A stretch of DNA of 64,000 nt from an uncultured Ruficoccus sp. (GTDB lineage: Bacteria; Verrucomicrobiota; Verrucomicrobiia; Opitutales; Cerasicoccaceae): positions 96,001 through 160,000 of the forward strand of contig OZ223496.1 of NCBI GenBank assembly GCA_965140785.1, read 5' to 3'. A program made the translations under genes and the position numbers. Within the stretch, counting starts at the first letter, position 1, and each line of letters opens with the position of its first letter. The notes under the pieces were generated by a model. That model was not told the DNA's origin. It saw only the letters and a program-made list of their open reading frames with translations, and did no database searches. Positions 1 through 10,100 of this stretch are shown here, piece by piece.

Positions 1-1765
1 GCACCTTGAAGCCGATAGCTCCAGCTGTGGTTCCGAGGGCGGCCCCGGAAACCGGCGAAGGGTGCAGAGTAGCTTTACCGAGATAGTGGCGCACCTGAGT
101 CTGGTAAGTCTTGGAATTCTGCGAACACAGGTAAACGCTTTCCTGCAAGATCTCTTCAGCAGCCCCGGACCCCGTACTCAGCCGGATGGCCAGCACCCGC
201 GTTGTGCCACCGTTTACCTCAGGATCCCAGTAATACTCAAAAGTAGGATCGGTGGGCGTCAGTGGCAGCTTCGCTGCATCCAGTGTCGGCTCCTTTGCGT
301 ATCGATAAAAACAGTTAGTGGGATTATAGCCGGCGGCGAGTTTGTTGTTACCACTGATGGAGTAAGGTGCCGCCAGATCCGACGGACTGAAAACAAGCGC
401 CTGTCCCGGCTGCAGAACGCCACTGGTCAACTCCAGGGTTACCCCCTCGCCTCTATACGCATCTTCAATTGCCTTCTCATCGGCAGTGTCTGGATCTGTC
501 ACGATCGTCAAAGGCTCGATAAAATACTGGCCGAACTTATTGTAGGATGAGCCAGTGTTCCGCGTATAGCCGAAGGTGACCGTATAGGTCTTGCTTTCGA
601 GGGGTACATTGTACGGGTTCCACAGCGTGACCGCCGGCATCAGATTGACACGGATGCGTCCGTCCGGGTCGTAGGTCGGCATGAGGTAGATTTGAAAACC
701 GGTCAGCACCGGAAACATGCCGGCCTGGGTCGCAGTCGATTCCCGGACCGGGTAGTCGCCGGTGTCGTTGGGCTCGATGGCCACCCAGGAGCGAAGCTGC
801 TCCCAGCGGGGGCCGCCGGGGTCGGCGACGCTAACCATGCCGTCGCGGGGCGCAAACATCGGCCCGCTGAGCGTGCCCCCCGCCCCGAACAACTCTGTGG
901 TAAGGTCTTTTTTCAACCCGCCGTCGAGTGTATCGCTCAACACACCACGGCTGTAATAAGTCAGGTCGTGAAAGCGCTGACGCACGGAATCCTCCTGCGC
1001 GCTCCCGGCCAAGACCTTGAAGGTCGGATAACTGAGCACCTTCTCGATGTCGCCGCCGGTATTGCTGGCGAGCCAGTCGAGCCCGCTCATGGCGTTCAGG
1101 CCGAAATAACGGGGAGACAAAGCCTCATCCCCGGCGGCGGCGGAGAGGTTGACCTTGGCCTTCACCCCTTCGTCGCCGATCCAGTAGGCGTAACGGCCGG
1201 TGACGACACCGTCTGTCACGATATCCACCTTGCCCGCCTCGACCGGTGCGCTCCCACCGAGCAGTTCAACCGGCTCCTCAAAATCGGGCGCGGTCGCGGC
1301 AACATCCGTCGGACTGCCAGTATGCGTACGCTCGAAGCCGGAAACCAGCCACTGCCGCAACGTGGTCCGGGGGTAGCCATCCGCACCGGTGGAGACCCCC
1401 CAAACGCCCGTCCAATGCTGGCGGGCCGGGCTAACACCGTCAGCGGCATAGACTCCACTGGTGGCTTCGTAGTCGTCATCGTACGGATCGCTATCCAGCA
1501 GGGAAGCGGTCGCGCTGATGCGCTGGTCAGGGCCGAGCTCCTTTTGCAGTTGCCCCATGGCCATTCTCAGGCCGAACAAGGCGTTCTGGCGGGCAACGCT
1601 GAGCGAGTTCTGCGTGGAGGAATTCACCGACTCGATCCGTACCAGCATGCTCATTGACAGCAGCAGCAGGATAATGAACGCCATCAGCGACAACGCGACG
1701 ATCAGGGCGAATCCGCTACTGGGCTTTTGAGAAAAACTGAAGCGACGAGGGGGGGTATTCATCAT
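1..1765 (-). CDS. Large pilin-like (PilX-type N-terminus) Verru_Chthon-cassette-A-like protein; 3' end runs off the window
   Basis: Not in the ORF track, presumably because no stop lies inside the window. Read by hand from ATG 1765: MMNTPPRRFSFSQKPSSGFALIVALSLMAFIILLLLSMSMLVRIES...ARQNALFGLRMAMGQLQKELGPDQRISATA...GRYAYWIGDEGVKAKVNL. G|FAL prepilin-like site, hydrophobic helix and motifs typical of verrucomicrobial pilin-cassette proteins. Confidence 0.8.
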   Translation of the reverse strand, partial: MMNTPPRRFSFSQKPSSGFALIVALSLMAFIILLLLSMSMLVRIESVNSSTQNSLSVARQNALFGLRMAMGQLQKELGPDQRISATASLLDSDPYDDDYEATSGVYAADGVSPARQHWTGVWGVSTGADGYPRTTLRQWLVSGFERTHTGSPTDVAATAPDFEEPVELLGGSAPVEAGKVDIVTDGVVTGRYAYWIGDEGVKAKVNLSAAAGDEALSPRYFGLNAMSGLDWLASNTGGDIEKVLSYPTFKVLAGSAQEDSVRQRFHDLTYYSRGVLSDTLDGGLKKDLTTELFGAGGTLSGPMFAPRDGMVSVADPGGPRWEQLRSWVAIEPNDTGDYPVRESTATQAGMFPVLTGFQIYLMPTYDPDGRIRVNLMPAVTLWNPYNVPLESKTYTVTFGYTRNTGSSYNKFGQYFIEPLTIVTDPDTADEKAIEDAYRGEGVTLELTSGVLQPGQALVFSPSDLAAPYSISGNNKLAAGYNPTNCFYRYAKEPTLDAAKLPLTPTDPTFEYYWDPEVNGGTTRVLAIRLSTGSGAAEEILQESVYLCSQNSKTYQTQVRHYLGKATLHPSPVSGAALGTTAGAIGFKV

Positions 1766-1852
1766 TCATCAACACGGCGGGAGATTCCTGCTCCCAAACC
1801 CGTTTCCCATGAAAAAAAACGCAAACTAATACTGCTGTCAAAAGACCCCTAA

Positions 1853-1865
1853 TCGAACCGTTCGA
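1853..1865. promoter_or_regulatory. Putative LacI-family operator TCGAACCGTTCGA (copy 1)
   Basis: 13-bp palindrome between divergent genes; minus-strand TTGACA at 1836-1841, 11 bp away. Confidence 0.7.
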
Positions 1866-1918
1866 AGCGCCCTCGGTTGTTCTCTTTCCGAGATCTCATA
1901 GCCTGCGCCAATAGCACC

Positions 1919-3466
1919 ATGAGCAATTACCTCCGCCCCCACCGTTACCTTCTCATCCTTCTGGCTGTCTGCGCGCCCCTGAACGTAAACGCTGAACTGA
2001 CGCTACCCGCACTCTTCGGGGATCACATGGTTCTCCAGCGCGACTATCCCAACCCAGCCTGGGGCAAGACCGATCCAAACGAAACCGTGAGCGTCTCCAT
2101 CGCGGGACAAACTCAGACCACCACTGCGGACGCTGATGGAGCATGGAAGGTCTTGCTCGACCCGATTCCCGTCGGCGGTCCTTATACGCTTACCGTGAGC
2201 GCAGCGGACACCGAGGTGGTCTTTTCGGATGTCCTCGTCGGCGAAGTCTGGCTGTGCTCGGGCCAGTCCAACATGTATTGGCCCCTGGCCTGGATTCATT
2301 TCGCGGACCTGGAGATAGCCACCGCCAATCATCCCGAGGTTCGCCTGATCACGGTGGGAACGAACGGCACGCAAACACCGCAATTCAGCTTCGAAGGCCA
2401 GTGGCAGACCTGTACGCCGGAGACCGCGGCACGGTTCTCCGCTCTCGCCTATCTCTTTGGCAAGCGCCTGCAGGACGCGCTCGATGTACCCGTCGGCCTG
2501 ATCCATAATTCCTGGGGCGGCGCTTCCATCGAGGGATGGATACCACGGGAAAAATTCGCGGTGGACGCGTACCACACGCGCCTGCTCAAAGACTGGGACG
2601 AACGGACTGCCGCCTACACGGATGCCGACTGGCAGGCGGCTCTCGCCGACTATGAAAACGAACGACGCCAATGGGAGGCCGGGGATAAGCAAGGCCGCGC
2701 GCCGCGCAAACCACAGGACCCGCGCACCTCTCGTAACCGGCCCGCAAATATCTTTAACGGGATGATTGCTCCGATGATCGACTACGGCATCGCCGGTGTG
2801 ATCTGGTATCAGGGCGAATCAAATGTCTCCCATGCCTGGCACTACCGCACCAGTTTTCCCCTTATGATCGAAAGCTGGCGCGAAGCCTGGGGCCGGGACG
2901 ATCTCCCCTTCTACTGGATACAGTTGCCGAACCATGGGATTCCATCCGATGAATCGGGCGAAAGCGAATGGGCCGAACTGCGCGAGGCACAGACGCTTGC
3001 CCTCCGCCTGCCCCACACCGGCCAGGTCGTGACCATCGACACCAGCGAGGGCCGCAACCTCCACCCGCGCAACAAACAAATCGTGGCCGACCGCTTGGTC
3101 CAGTTAGTCTTGGCCCGGCAATACGGCTGGCGTCTGAATGCCGAATACCCGGCCTTCGCCTCCATGGAAATCGCGGACGGAAAAATCATCCTGACCTTCA
3201 CGGAGATCGATCTCGGTCTCTACGCCTACGCTACCCAGGAGCCGCTCGGCTTCGCCATCGCCGGGGAGGATGGAGCGTTCGTCCGGGCGCAGGCAGCAAT
3301 CATCGCCCGCAACAAGATTGCCGTCTGGAGCGACGACGTCCCGGCACCGGTGGCGGTGCGCTATGCCTGGGCGAACAATCCGGTGGCGAATATTCAGGAC
3401 CGAAACGGCCTGCCGCTGACTCCCTTCCGCACGGATGAGCGCGCGCCGCTCACCCGCCACGACTAA
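1919..3466 (+). CDS. Secreted sialate O-acetylesterase family (SASA/SGNH) carbohydrate esterase
   Basis: Signal peptide; LFGDHMVLQR, GEVWLCSGQSNM, WYQGESN, LHPRNK and VRYAW motifs; ATG 1919 chosen as start. Confidence 0.88.
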   Translation: MSNYLRPHRYLLILLAVCAPLNVNAELTLPALFGDHMVLQRDYPNPAWGKTDPNETVSVSIAGQTQTTTADADGAWKVLLDPIPVGGPYTLTVSAADTEVVFSDVLVGEVWLCSGQSNMYWPLAWIHFADLEIATANHPEVRLITVGTNGTQTPQFSFEGQWQTCTPETAARFSALAYLFGKRLQDALDVPVGLIHNSWGGASIEGWIPREKFAVDAYHTRLLKDWDERTAAYTDADWQAALADYENERRQWEAGDKQGRAPRKPQDPRTSRNRPANIFNGMIAPMIDYGIAGVIWYQGESNVSHAWHYRTSFPLMIESWREAWGRDDLPFYWIQLPNHGIPSDESGESEWAELREAQTLALRLPHTGQVVTIDTSEGRNLHPRNKQIVADRLVQLVLARQYGWRLNAEYPAFASMEIADGKIILTFTEIDLGLYAYATQEPLGFAIAGEDGAFVRAQAAIIARNKIAVWSDDVPAPVAVRYAWANNPVANIQDRNGLPLTPFRTDERAPLTRHD

Positions 3467-3493
3467 CCGGCCTGCTCAGCCTCGGATACCGAC

Positions 3494-3506
3494 TCGAACG
3501 GTTCGA
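3494..3506. promoter_or_regulatory. Putative LacI-family operator TCGAACGGTTCGA (copy 2)
   Basis: Palindrome upstream of the GH gene; TTGACA at 3518-3523, 11 bp downstream. Confidence 0.7.
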
Positions 3507-3560
3507 TTTCCCCTCATTTGACACGCCCCTTGTACCGGGAGCACTCTCTAGCTACCAATC

Positions 3561-5045
3561 ATGCAAAATGAACTGACTACTCTACCCCCTGCTCCGTCGC
3601 TGGCCGACTCATGCCCCTGGCTGACGTACCTGGGAAAACTCCTGCCGAAGAAAAGCACGCAGATCGCCTCTTCCCGCCTCGGCGTCGGATTTGAGACCCT
3701 GGACCGCGATATGTGGGACGCCAATCAGGCGTGGCCGGTACTGGACGAACTCGGTATCAAGTGGGCCCGGGTCCAGACCGGCTGGACCAAGACCGAACAA
3801 ACCCCCGGGGTTTACGACTTTACCTGGCTGGACGAGATCGTGGACCGACTGATCGGTCTCGGTGTGACACCGTGGCTCAGCTTCAGCTACGGCAACCAAC
3901 TTTACACCCCCGAGTCCCAGCCCGATGGCGTCGGCTACCCGCCCATCCATACGCAGGCCGAGCGTACCGGCTGGCAGAACTACGTCCGCGCCCTTGTCCG
4001 GCATTTTCGGGACCGCATCGAGCATTACGAGGTCTGGAACGAGCCGGACCTGACCTCTTTCTGGAAGTGCCAGCCGCGCGCCGCCGACTATGTGGACTTC
4101 GTCCGCCTGACCGCCGAGCCTCTGCGGGAAGTTCAGCCCGCAGCCAAGCTGATCGGCGGGGCCATCGCCTGGGGCATGACTCCCTGGAGCATCAAGTTCC
4201 TCGAAGACTGCATGAAAGCAGGCCTGCACGAACTGGTGGAAATCATCACCTACCACGGATACAAGTCCATCCCCGAGCGCCACAGCACCCAGGAGTTTCC
4301 GGCCTTCAAGCACGTCATCAACAAATACAAGCCGTCGCTGGACTTCTGGCAGGGCGAGTCGGGCTTCCAATCCTACGTGCCGGAGAAAGCCCGTGGTGTG
4401 GGCGCGCTATCGAACATGAAGTTCAGCGAGGCTATCCAGGCGCGGATGCTCCTGCGGCGCTTTCTGTTGGAACTGCATAACGACACCCGCATGTGCAGCT
4501 ATTTCCACATGGCGGATTTCGCGCATTATTCCGCGTTCAAGGAAACTTTTCACTACGGGATTGTCCGCCTTGAGGACGGCTCGCCCAAGCCCGCCTACTA
4601 CGCCCTGCAGACCCTGGCGACGCTGCTCTCTGATCCGATGGAGCCGGCGAATGGCCGGACCTCCTCGCACATCAGCGTGCTGAGCGACTCCAAAGACCCC
4701 CGCGCCACGAAAATCGCCACCTGGCAGGCAAACTTCGTCTGCGGGGACATCCCTGTGTTGGCTTGGTGGATACCGGAGTCCGTCGAGGTGGACCCCGAAT
4801 TCCAGGAGATGGAGATGGCCTACTGGATCGACTCCGATCTGCGCCTGGACGACCCCGTCCTTATTGACCCGCTTACCCAGGAAGTCTTCAGCGTCAGCTA
4901 TACCTGGGATAAGCGCACCTGCGCCGAAACGTGGATGGACCCCACCCCCGACGCGGAAGGCATCCGTATCTTCAACCCCCTTCCAATCAGCAACTCTCCG
5001 CTTCTATTGACGGACCGCTCTCTGATCAACCTGCGTCCGGATTAA
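3561..5045 (+). CDS. Clan GH-A glycoside hydrolase (GH39/GH5/GH42-like), no signal peptide
   Basis: LGIKWARV, PGVYDFTWLD, YEVWNEPD (acid/base), FWQGESG (nucleophile), PKPAYY. Confidence 0.8.
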   Translation: MQNELTTLPPAPSLADSCPWLTYLGKLLPKKSTQIASSRLGVGFETLDRDMWDANQAWPVLDELGIKWARVQTGWTKTEQTPGVYDFTWLDEIVDRLIGLGVTPWLSFSYGNQLYTPESQPDGVGYPPIHTQAERTGWQNYVRALVRHFRDRIEHYEVWNEPDLTSFWKCQPRAADYVDFVRLTAEPLREVQPAAKLIGGAIAWGMTPWSIKFLEDCMKAGLHELVEIITYHGYKSIPERHSTQEFPAFKHVINKYKPSLDFWQGESGFQSYVPEKARGVGALSNMKFSEAIQARMLLRRFLLELHNDTRMCSYFHMADFAHYSAFKETFHYGIVRLEDGSPKPAYYALQTLATLLSDPMEPANGRTSSHISVLSDSKDPRATKIATWQANFVCGDIPVLAWWIPESVEVDPEFQEMEMAYWIDSDLRLDDPVLIDPLTQEVFSVSYTWDKRTCAETWMDPTPDAEGIRIFNPLPISNSPLLLTDRSLINLRPD

Positions 5046-5091
5046 GTGGCGGCAAGCGCAGCCTGCCGCCCTCAGCCCAAGCATATATTCC

Positions 5092-5123
5092 AAAAAACCC
5101 GCCGTGAACACGGCGGGCTTTTT
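5092..5123. terminator. Bidirectional intrinsic terminator
   Basis: AAAAAACCCGCCGTG-AA-CACGGCGGGCTTTTT after the GH stop, between convergent genes. Confidence 0.8.
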
Positions 5124-5207
5124 GTCGCCCGATTTTCGATAACAGTCTCTGTTTTCTCCTAGTGTCGCGAGTGGTAAGTTTTCGGCATAATTGGGGGGTC
5201 CAGTTTT

Positions 5208-5283
5208 GATGCTTTGGTTCTGCGATTGGCGAGGGCAGCTTACTGTAGCCCTCGCCAATCGCAGAGACTATGCTGTAAGCATC
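5208..5283. repeat. Long intergenic hairpin
   Basis: Perfect 18-bp stem TCTGCGATTGGCGAGGGC (5219-5236) / GCCCTCGCCAATCGCAGA (5248-5265), with outer GATGCTT/AAGCATC pairing. Confidence 0.7.
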
Positions 5284-5611
5284 GGAAGTGCAGGCTATGC
5301 CTGCCGCGGGCGGGGCTGCGTAAGTCCGCAATCAATAGGCCGCGAACTTCAAACTCGGGACACTCGGGCCTGTTAACGCAATGAGAAAAGAGGATAAATG
5401 GCAGTTCAAGAGACGAAACGCCCCTATTCACATTCATTGAAATATCCCCGGCTGCGGCTGGCGGCACCCATGGAAGCGGGCACCACCAGACTCACAAACG
5501 GAGCTATCATTGAATGCTTTGTTTAGAGAGAGACCTCGCCCCTGACAGGGCTTGATCCATGAATCCGAAGATTCGGATATGGTTAAAGAAATCGCGCCGG
5601 CGTTAAGCCGC

Positions 5612-6892
5612 TTAAAGCCTGCGACGACGCAGGGCGGCTATCGCCATAATCAGTCCGAGGAAGGCCATACCCATGGTTGAGGGCTCGGGAATCGAAGACA
5701 CATTGAGAACCAGACTGTCGAAGCCCGATCCACCGTCGGTGCTAATAGCAAGCGTCCCCATCAGACCATCACCGAGCAGTCCGGAAACCTCCGAGCCGAG
5801 ATCTCCCACGATCGTGCCGGTGCCGGACGTTTCCACCAGCACATAGGTACCTTCGGTCAGGGTGCCATCGACGGTGAAGGCGAAATCCCCGAATTCGAGC
5901 TCGCCGGACCCAATATTCAGCGTGGTGCCGGCTCCGAGCACGATGCGGTCCGTATTGTCACCCACGGTGTAGAGGATGGCTGCGGTGTCTCCGCCTGCCA
6001 CGGCGGCGCTGATGTCGAGTGCGCCGTTTCCAAGGTTGAGCGTCAGTGTGCCGGTGGAATCGGTCTCACCGGTCGCCGAACCCGGAGCGAAGCTAGACCC
6101 CGCAGCCAGGGTGACACCGGCGTCGTCGGCGGTCGTGACGACACCATTACCGGCCAGCAACGCGCCCGAGTTTACCGTATAGGCGGCACCGCCGGTATGA
6201 GTGCCGTTGACCACGAGGGCACCCCCGTTAACGACGGTCGTACCGGTGTTGGTCCGCTCTCCGTTAAGGATGGAAGTGCCCGCATCGTTCTTCTCGATGT
6301 TGAGGGTGGACGGGCCCGATGTCGCGTTGGTCAACTGCTTAATGTTGGAATCGAGCACCGTGCGTCCCGAGCCGTTGAGCTTGATCGTCATGGTGGCTCC
6401 GGCCGCGCCTGCGCGTGACATCGACAGCGTGGTGTCAACAGTCAAGGTATGGCTGGAAGCGTTATCGATCACCAAGTCATAGCTTCCGGTAATGCCGTGG
6501 TTTCCCCCGAGGATGTACTCGCGGTTCAAGATGTTGTTGTCGTACTGGTTGGCCGCATCCACCGTGATACCGGCAACCAGACGCCCGGTCGTGCCCAGCG
6601 TAACCGTAGTCGAGCTGGTCGCATCCGCACCGAATACAATCGTGCCGACGGCGGCGTTCGTGTTCATGGTAATGGCTCCGGAGGCGACATCAGCCCCCAA
6701 GATGGCGTTATCGCCCGCACCCGGCAGGGCGTTCGTGCTCCAGTTAGAGGTCGTCCCCCAGAGGCCATCGTTGCCGAGGCCGGTCCAGGTAACATCGGCA
6801 GCATGGGAAAGCAGCACGGGACACAAAGCAGCCGCGAGGACGAGAGACTTGGAGATTGGGTTTAACACAGTTGGGAACTTCATAGCATTCAT
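5612..6892 (-). CDS. PEP-CTERM surface protein with autotransporter-associated beta-strand repeat
   Basis: Signal peptide; G/T/A-rich repeat (KNDAGTSILNGERTNTGTTVVNGGALVVNG); C-terminal IPEPSTMGMAFLGLIMAIAALRRRRL. Confidence 0.88.
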   Translation of the reverse strand: MNAMKFPTVLNPISKSLVLAAALCPVLLSHAADVTWTGLGNDGLWGTTSNWSTNALPGAGDNAILGADVASGAITMNTNAAVGTIVFGADATSSTTVTLGTTGRLVAGITVDAANQYDNNILNREYILGGNHGITGSYDLVIDNASSHTLTVDTTLSMSRAGAAGATMTIKLNGSGRTVLDSNIKQLTNATSGPSTLNIEKNDAGTSILNGERTNTGTTVVNGGALVVNGTHTGGAAYTVNSGALLAGNGVVTTADDAGVTLAAGSSFAPGSATGETDSTGTLTLNLGNGALDISAAVAGGDTAAILYTVGDNTDRIVLGAGTTLNIGSGELEFGDFAFTVDGTLTEGTYVLVETSGTGTIVGDLGSEVSGLLGDGLMGTLAISTDGGSGFDSLVLNVSSIPEPSTMGMAFLGLIMAIAALRRRRL

Positions 6893-7068
6893 GATTTCAG
6901 GGGTTAGAGTAATGAAGAAAACAGGAGCCGGATGGCTCTTGCCAAACAAGAGGAGCCTCAGTGTATAGAGGGAATCTGAAGAGGAAAAGGCGTGTCATAG
7001 CATGAGACGACAAAAACCTGTATTGGGAAGGATGAGGCAAACACAGCAGAGCCACAAGACACCGTAAA

Positions 7069-7081
7069 TCGAACCGTTCGA
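7069..7081. promoter_or_regulatory. Putative LacI-family operator TCGAACCGTTCGA (copy 3)
   Basis: Identical to copy 1; upstream of the PEP-CTERM gene; minus-strand TTGTGG at 7052-7057, 11 bp away. Confidence 0.7.
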
Positions 7082-7122
7082 GCGTCGCCCTTCGTAATCA
7101 GGTAAATAGGCGGCACGCTTCA

Positions 7123-10100
7123 TCAGGGCTCCACGACCTTCAGCTTCAGGAGCCTTCCATCCGCATCGATAAAGCGTAACGCAAAGCCGCCACCGGCTCC
7201 CGTGTCGTCAACCTTGAACAGTACGGTGTTGCGGCCTTTCCGGAGCACCACGGGGAGCTTCTCCTCGTCGAGCGTGATAGACCGGGAGGCCGCATTGCGT
7301 CCGACCAGTTCGCCGTTGACCCACAGGGTGTAGCCATCGTCGGAGCCCAGGGAGGCCAGACAATCGGTATCGCTCTGTACCTCGACAACTGCGTAAGCGT
7401 AGGAAACCGCGTCGTTCCAGGGATGAGAAATGGCGGGCTGGGCGGAGTCTACTTTATGCCACACCAGCGTCAGGTCATCCTTGCCCGTTTCGCACAGGCT
7501 AAAATCCGGCTCGCTCAACTGCCGCTCAGGCGGGCACCGGCGGGTGTTACCGACATAAACGCCCTCGGTATTGCGCCAGTTCGCCCAGGGCCCGATCATG
7601 TACCAGGATCGGATGAATCCGTCCGCATCTACTTTGAGCGGTTCGTCCTTTGACGGAGCGTCCGCATTGAGCGCGAAAACCGCCGGTTTGTCCCCCCGCT
7701 CGAGTCGCACGTATATGTGGTTCATCCCCTCGTGCAGTTTCAACGTCACAGGAGTTTTCACCGTGCCGACGGGGGCGGTGTCCTCAACCGGAAGCGTCAC
7801 CTGGTCGCCATCGTTAAGCCAGAGGGCGGCGGGAACCGTGGCACTCCAGGAGAAAGTCAACTCCTGCGGCTTGGGGGAATAAATCGAGGTGGAGGCGTAA
7901 ACACCTCCGGCCTGACCCGAGGTGCCATCGTCGAGGACAACATACGGCAAGGGCTGGTCCACGGAATGGGTCTGCTCGACTGGCCAGATAAGCTCGCCCT
8001 CGGCATTCGCCATTCCGGCTTGGACCGGCGACTGATCCGCGAAGTCGGCGTCACCCTCGTCGATCAATGTCCAGCGTTGAAGAACGCCGCACGTCTGGTG
8101 CTCTTTGGGGGGCAGCCCCGTGCGGAAAATGACCCACTCGGCCTCCTGGCCGGAGAGGACTTCGATTTCTCCCGTGATATCCTGCCCCCAGGTGATGCGG
8201 CCCTGTTTCAACGCCTCAAAGAGGGCGGGATCGTCGGACTTCAGGTAAAGGGCGTCCGCCCCGAGCTGGATTTTGTCCGGTGTCTCCAGATCCATCGGCT
8301 CCGCGAACGCATCGTAGGCCTGAAAATCGACGTCGGCCAGCGCGGATTCCAGCTCCGCCCGACGCAAGGGAATTTTCGCAGCGACAATAGCGACGGCATA
8401 CTGTTTGTCATCGGACGTGTCCGCCTCTCGCTCAAAGCACAGCACCAGCACGTTGTCATCCAGTTCGATCCGCTGAAGTAGCCGGTAGCCTCCCAATGCG
8501 GCGAACATGCCGTTCATGTAGGCGGCGCCCACGCCGGGAACAAAGGGCCCCCGCAGGAACCAGTTGCGTGGGCTGGAGCCCTCGTAGAAATTGTTTCTCG
8601 AGAGCACGATGCCCGCGCTCCAACGCGCCCCGATGGCCCAGTCCAGCAGTGCCCGCTGCACCGCCGCGGTCCGGACAAAGGTCATGTTCGAATGCCCGCC
8701 CAGTCCATGAATTTCACTCATTCCCAGCTGAAGTTTCTTTTCTGGGGTCGAGTACTGCTCGAGCAGTGTTTCCAGATTTTTGGCCGCCGCCAGCCCGCCC
8801 TGTTCGAGCAGAGAGGAACCGTAGGGGTGATAGCTGACGCCGTCGCAGTAGGCCGCTCCGCCCAGGCGGAGGAACTGCCCGGTGTACCCGTTGCCGTCGG
8901 CAGAGAAATCCGCCGTCTGGTTCATAAAGATCGGCAACTCGGGAGCAACCAGTTTCATCATCTCATAGGCCGGCTCAAAGTAATATTCAATCAAGCCTTC
9001 CGGGTTGATGTAGAGGTTGGGCTCATTGAGAAACTCAATCGCCTCGATTTTATCCCCGTAGCGATCAGCCACCTCGGCCATAAAATCGGAGAGCACGCCC
9101 GGGTCCGGCGCCAGCAGGATATTACGCTGCTGAGGATCGCGAGAGGAGCCCATCGGATTCGAACGCACGCTGTAAGGGCTGATATCGGTGCCGGTACGGT
9201 AGAGCCACTTGCCCTCTCCCTCGTCGGTCCCGGCCATGAGCTTGGCATACTGCTCGCGCTTCATGTTCAGCGGCTTGTGCGGGACGCAGATAATCGTGGT
9301 ACAGCCGTTCCGGGCGGCTGCGCTGGTGCGTACGTCCAGTGGTCCCCAGCGGTACTCTCCAGGTAGAGGCTCGATTTTTTCCCAGTCAAAGATGTCGCGC
9401 TGGACGCGGAATCCAGTCTGATAGTTGGTGGAATAAAACTCGTCCAGGCTCCAATGACCTCTCCAGTTAAACGAGACATCGCCGCTTCCCGGCCATTCGA
9501 TTCCGCCGTGGTAGCCGACATTGAAATCGACCGGAGCCGATACCTGCTTCAGGTCCGTCATGACGGTGAAGCGCTCCCGGCCCGCGCCGAGTAAAGTTCC
9601 CGTATTTGCATCTCGCACCTCGACGTCCGCCACGTAAGCCCCGCGCTTCATCGCGCCTAGCGGGATGTCTCCCTGCTGAATGTCGGTTCCCAGCTCCAGC
9701 GTATTTTTCCAGAGGGTCTGTGCCGGTAACTGCCGGGTCAAATCGCGGACCGTCAGGGTCATCTTGACCGGAGTCGCGTGGGCGGCCTGCGCGCTCCAGC
9801 GCAGGCTCACCGGCTCCGAAGCCTTATGAATGCCGTTGCGGGCGGAGGGCAACAGAACAATCTCGACCTCGCCGGCCCGGGGCAGGGAGGCGGCCTCAGG
9901 AAGCGGGACCAGCGTCCAACTGATGTCATCAATCCACACCTGGTAGTCGGAAGCGCCACCGCCGGAAAACTCTATCCTCACCGGCACAAACGGGTCGTCC
10001 ACCTCAAGGGTACCCGTCCACTGCTGCCACTCGCCCTCAAGCTTGCCTCGCACAATTTGAGGTCCGTTTGGGGTTCTTCCTTTGCCATCGGGCGGACAAA

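Noticed and set aside
62..1730. Plus-strand ORFs 62-550, 692-1657 and 1518-1730
   Set aside because: Antisense shadows of the minus-strand pilin-like gene; no recognisable motifs
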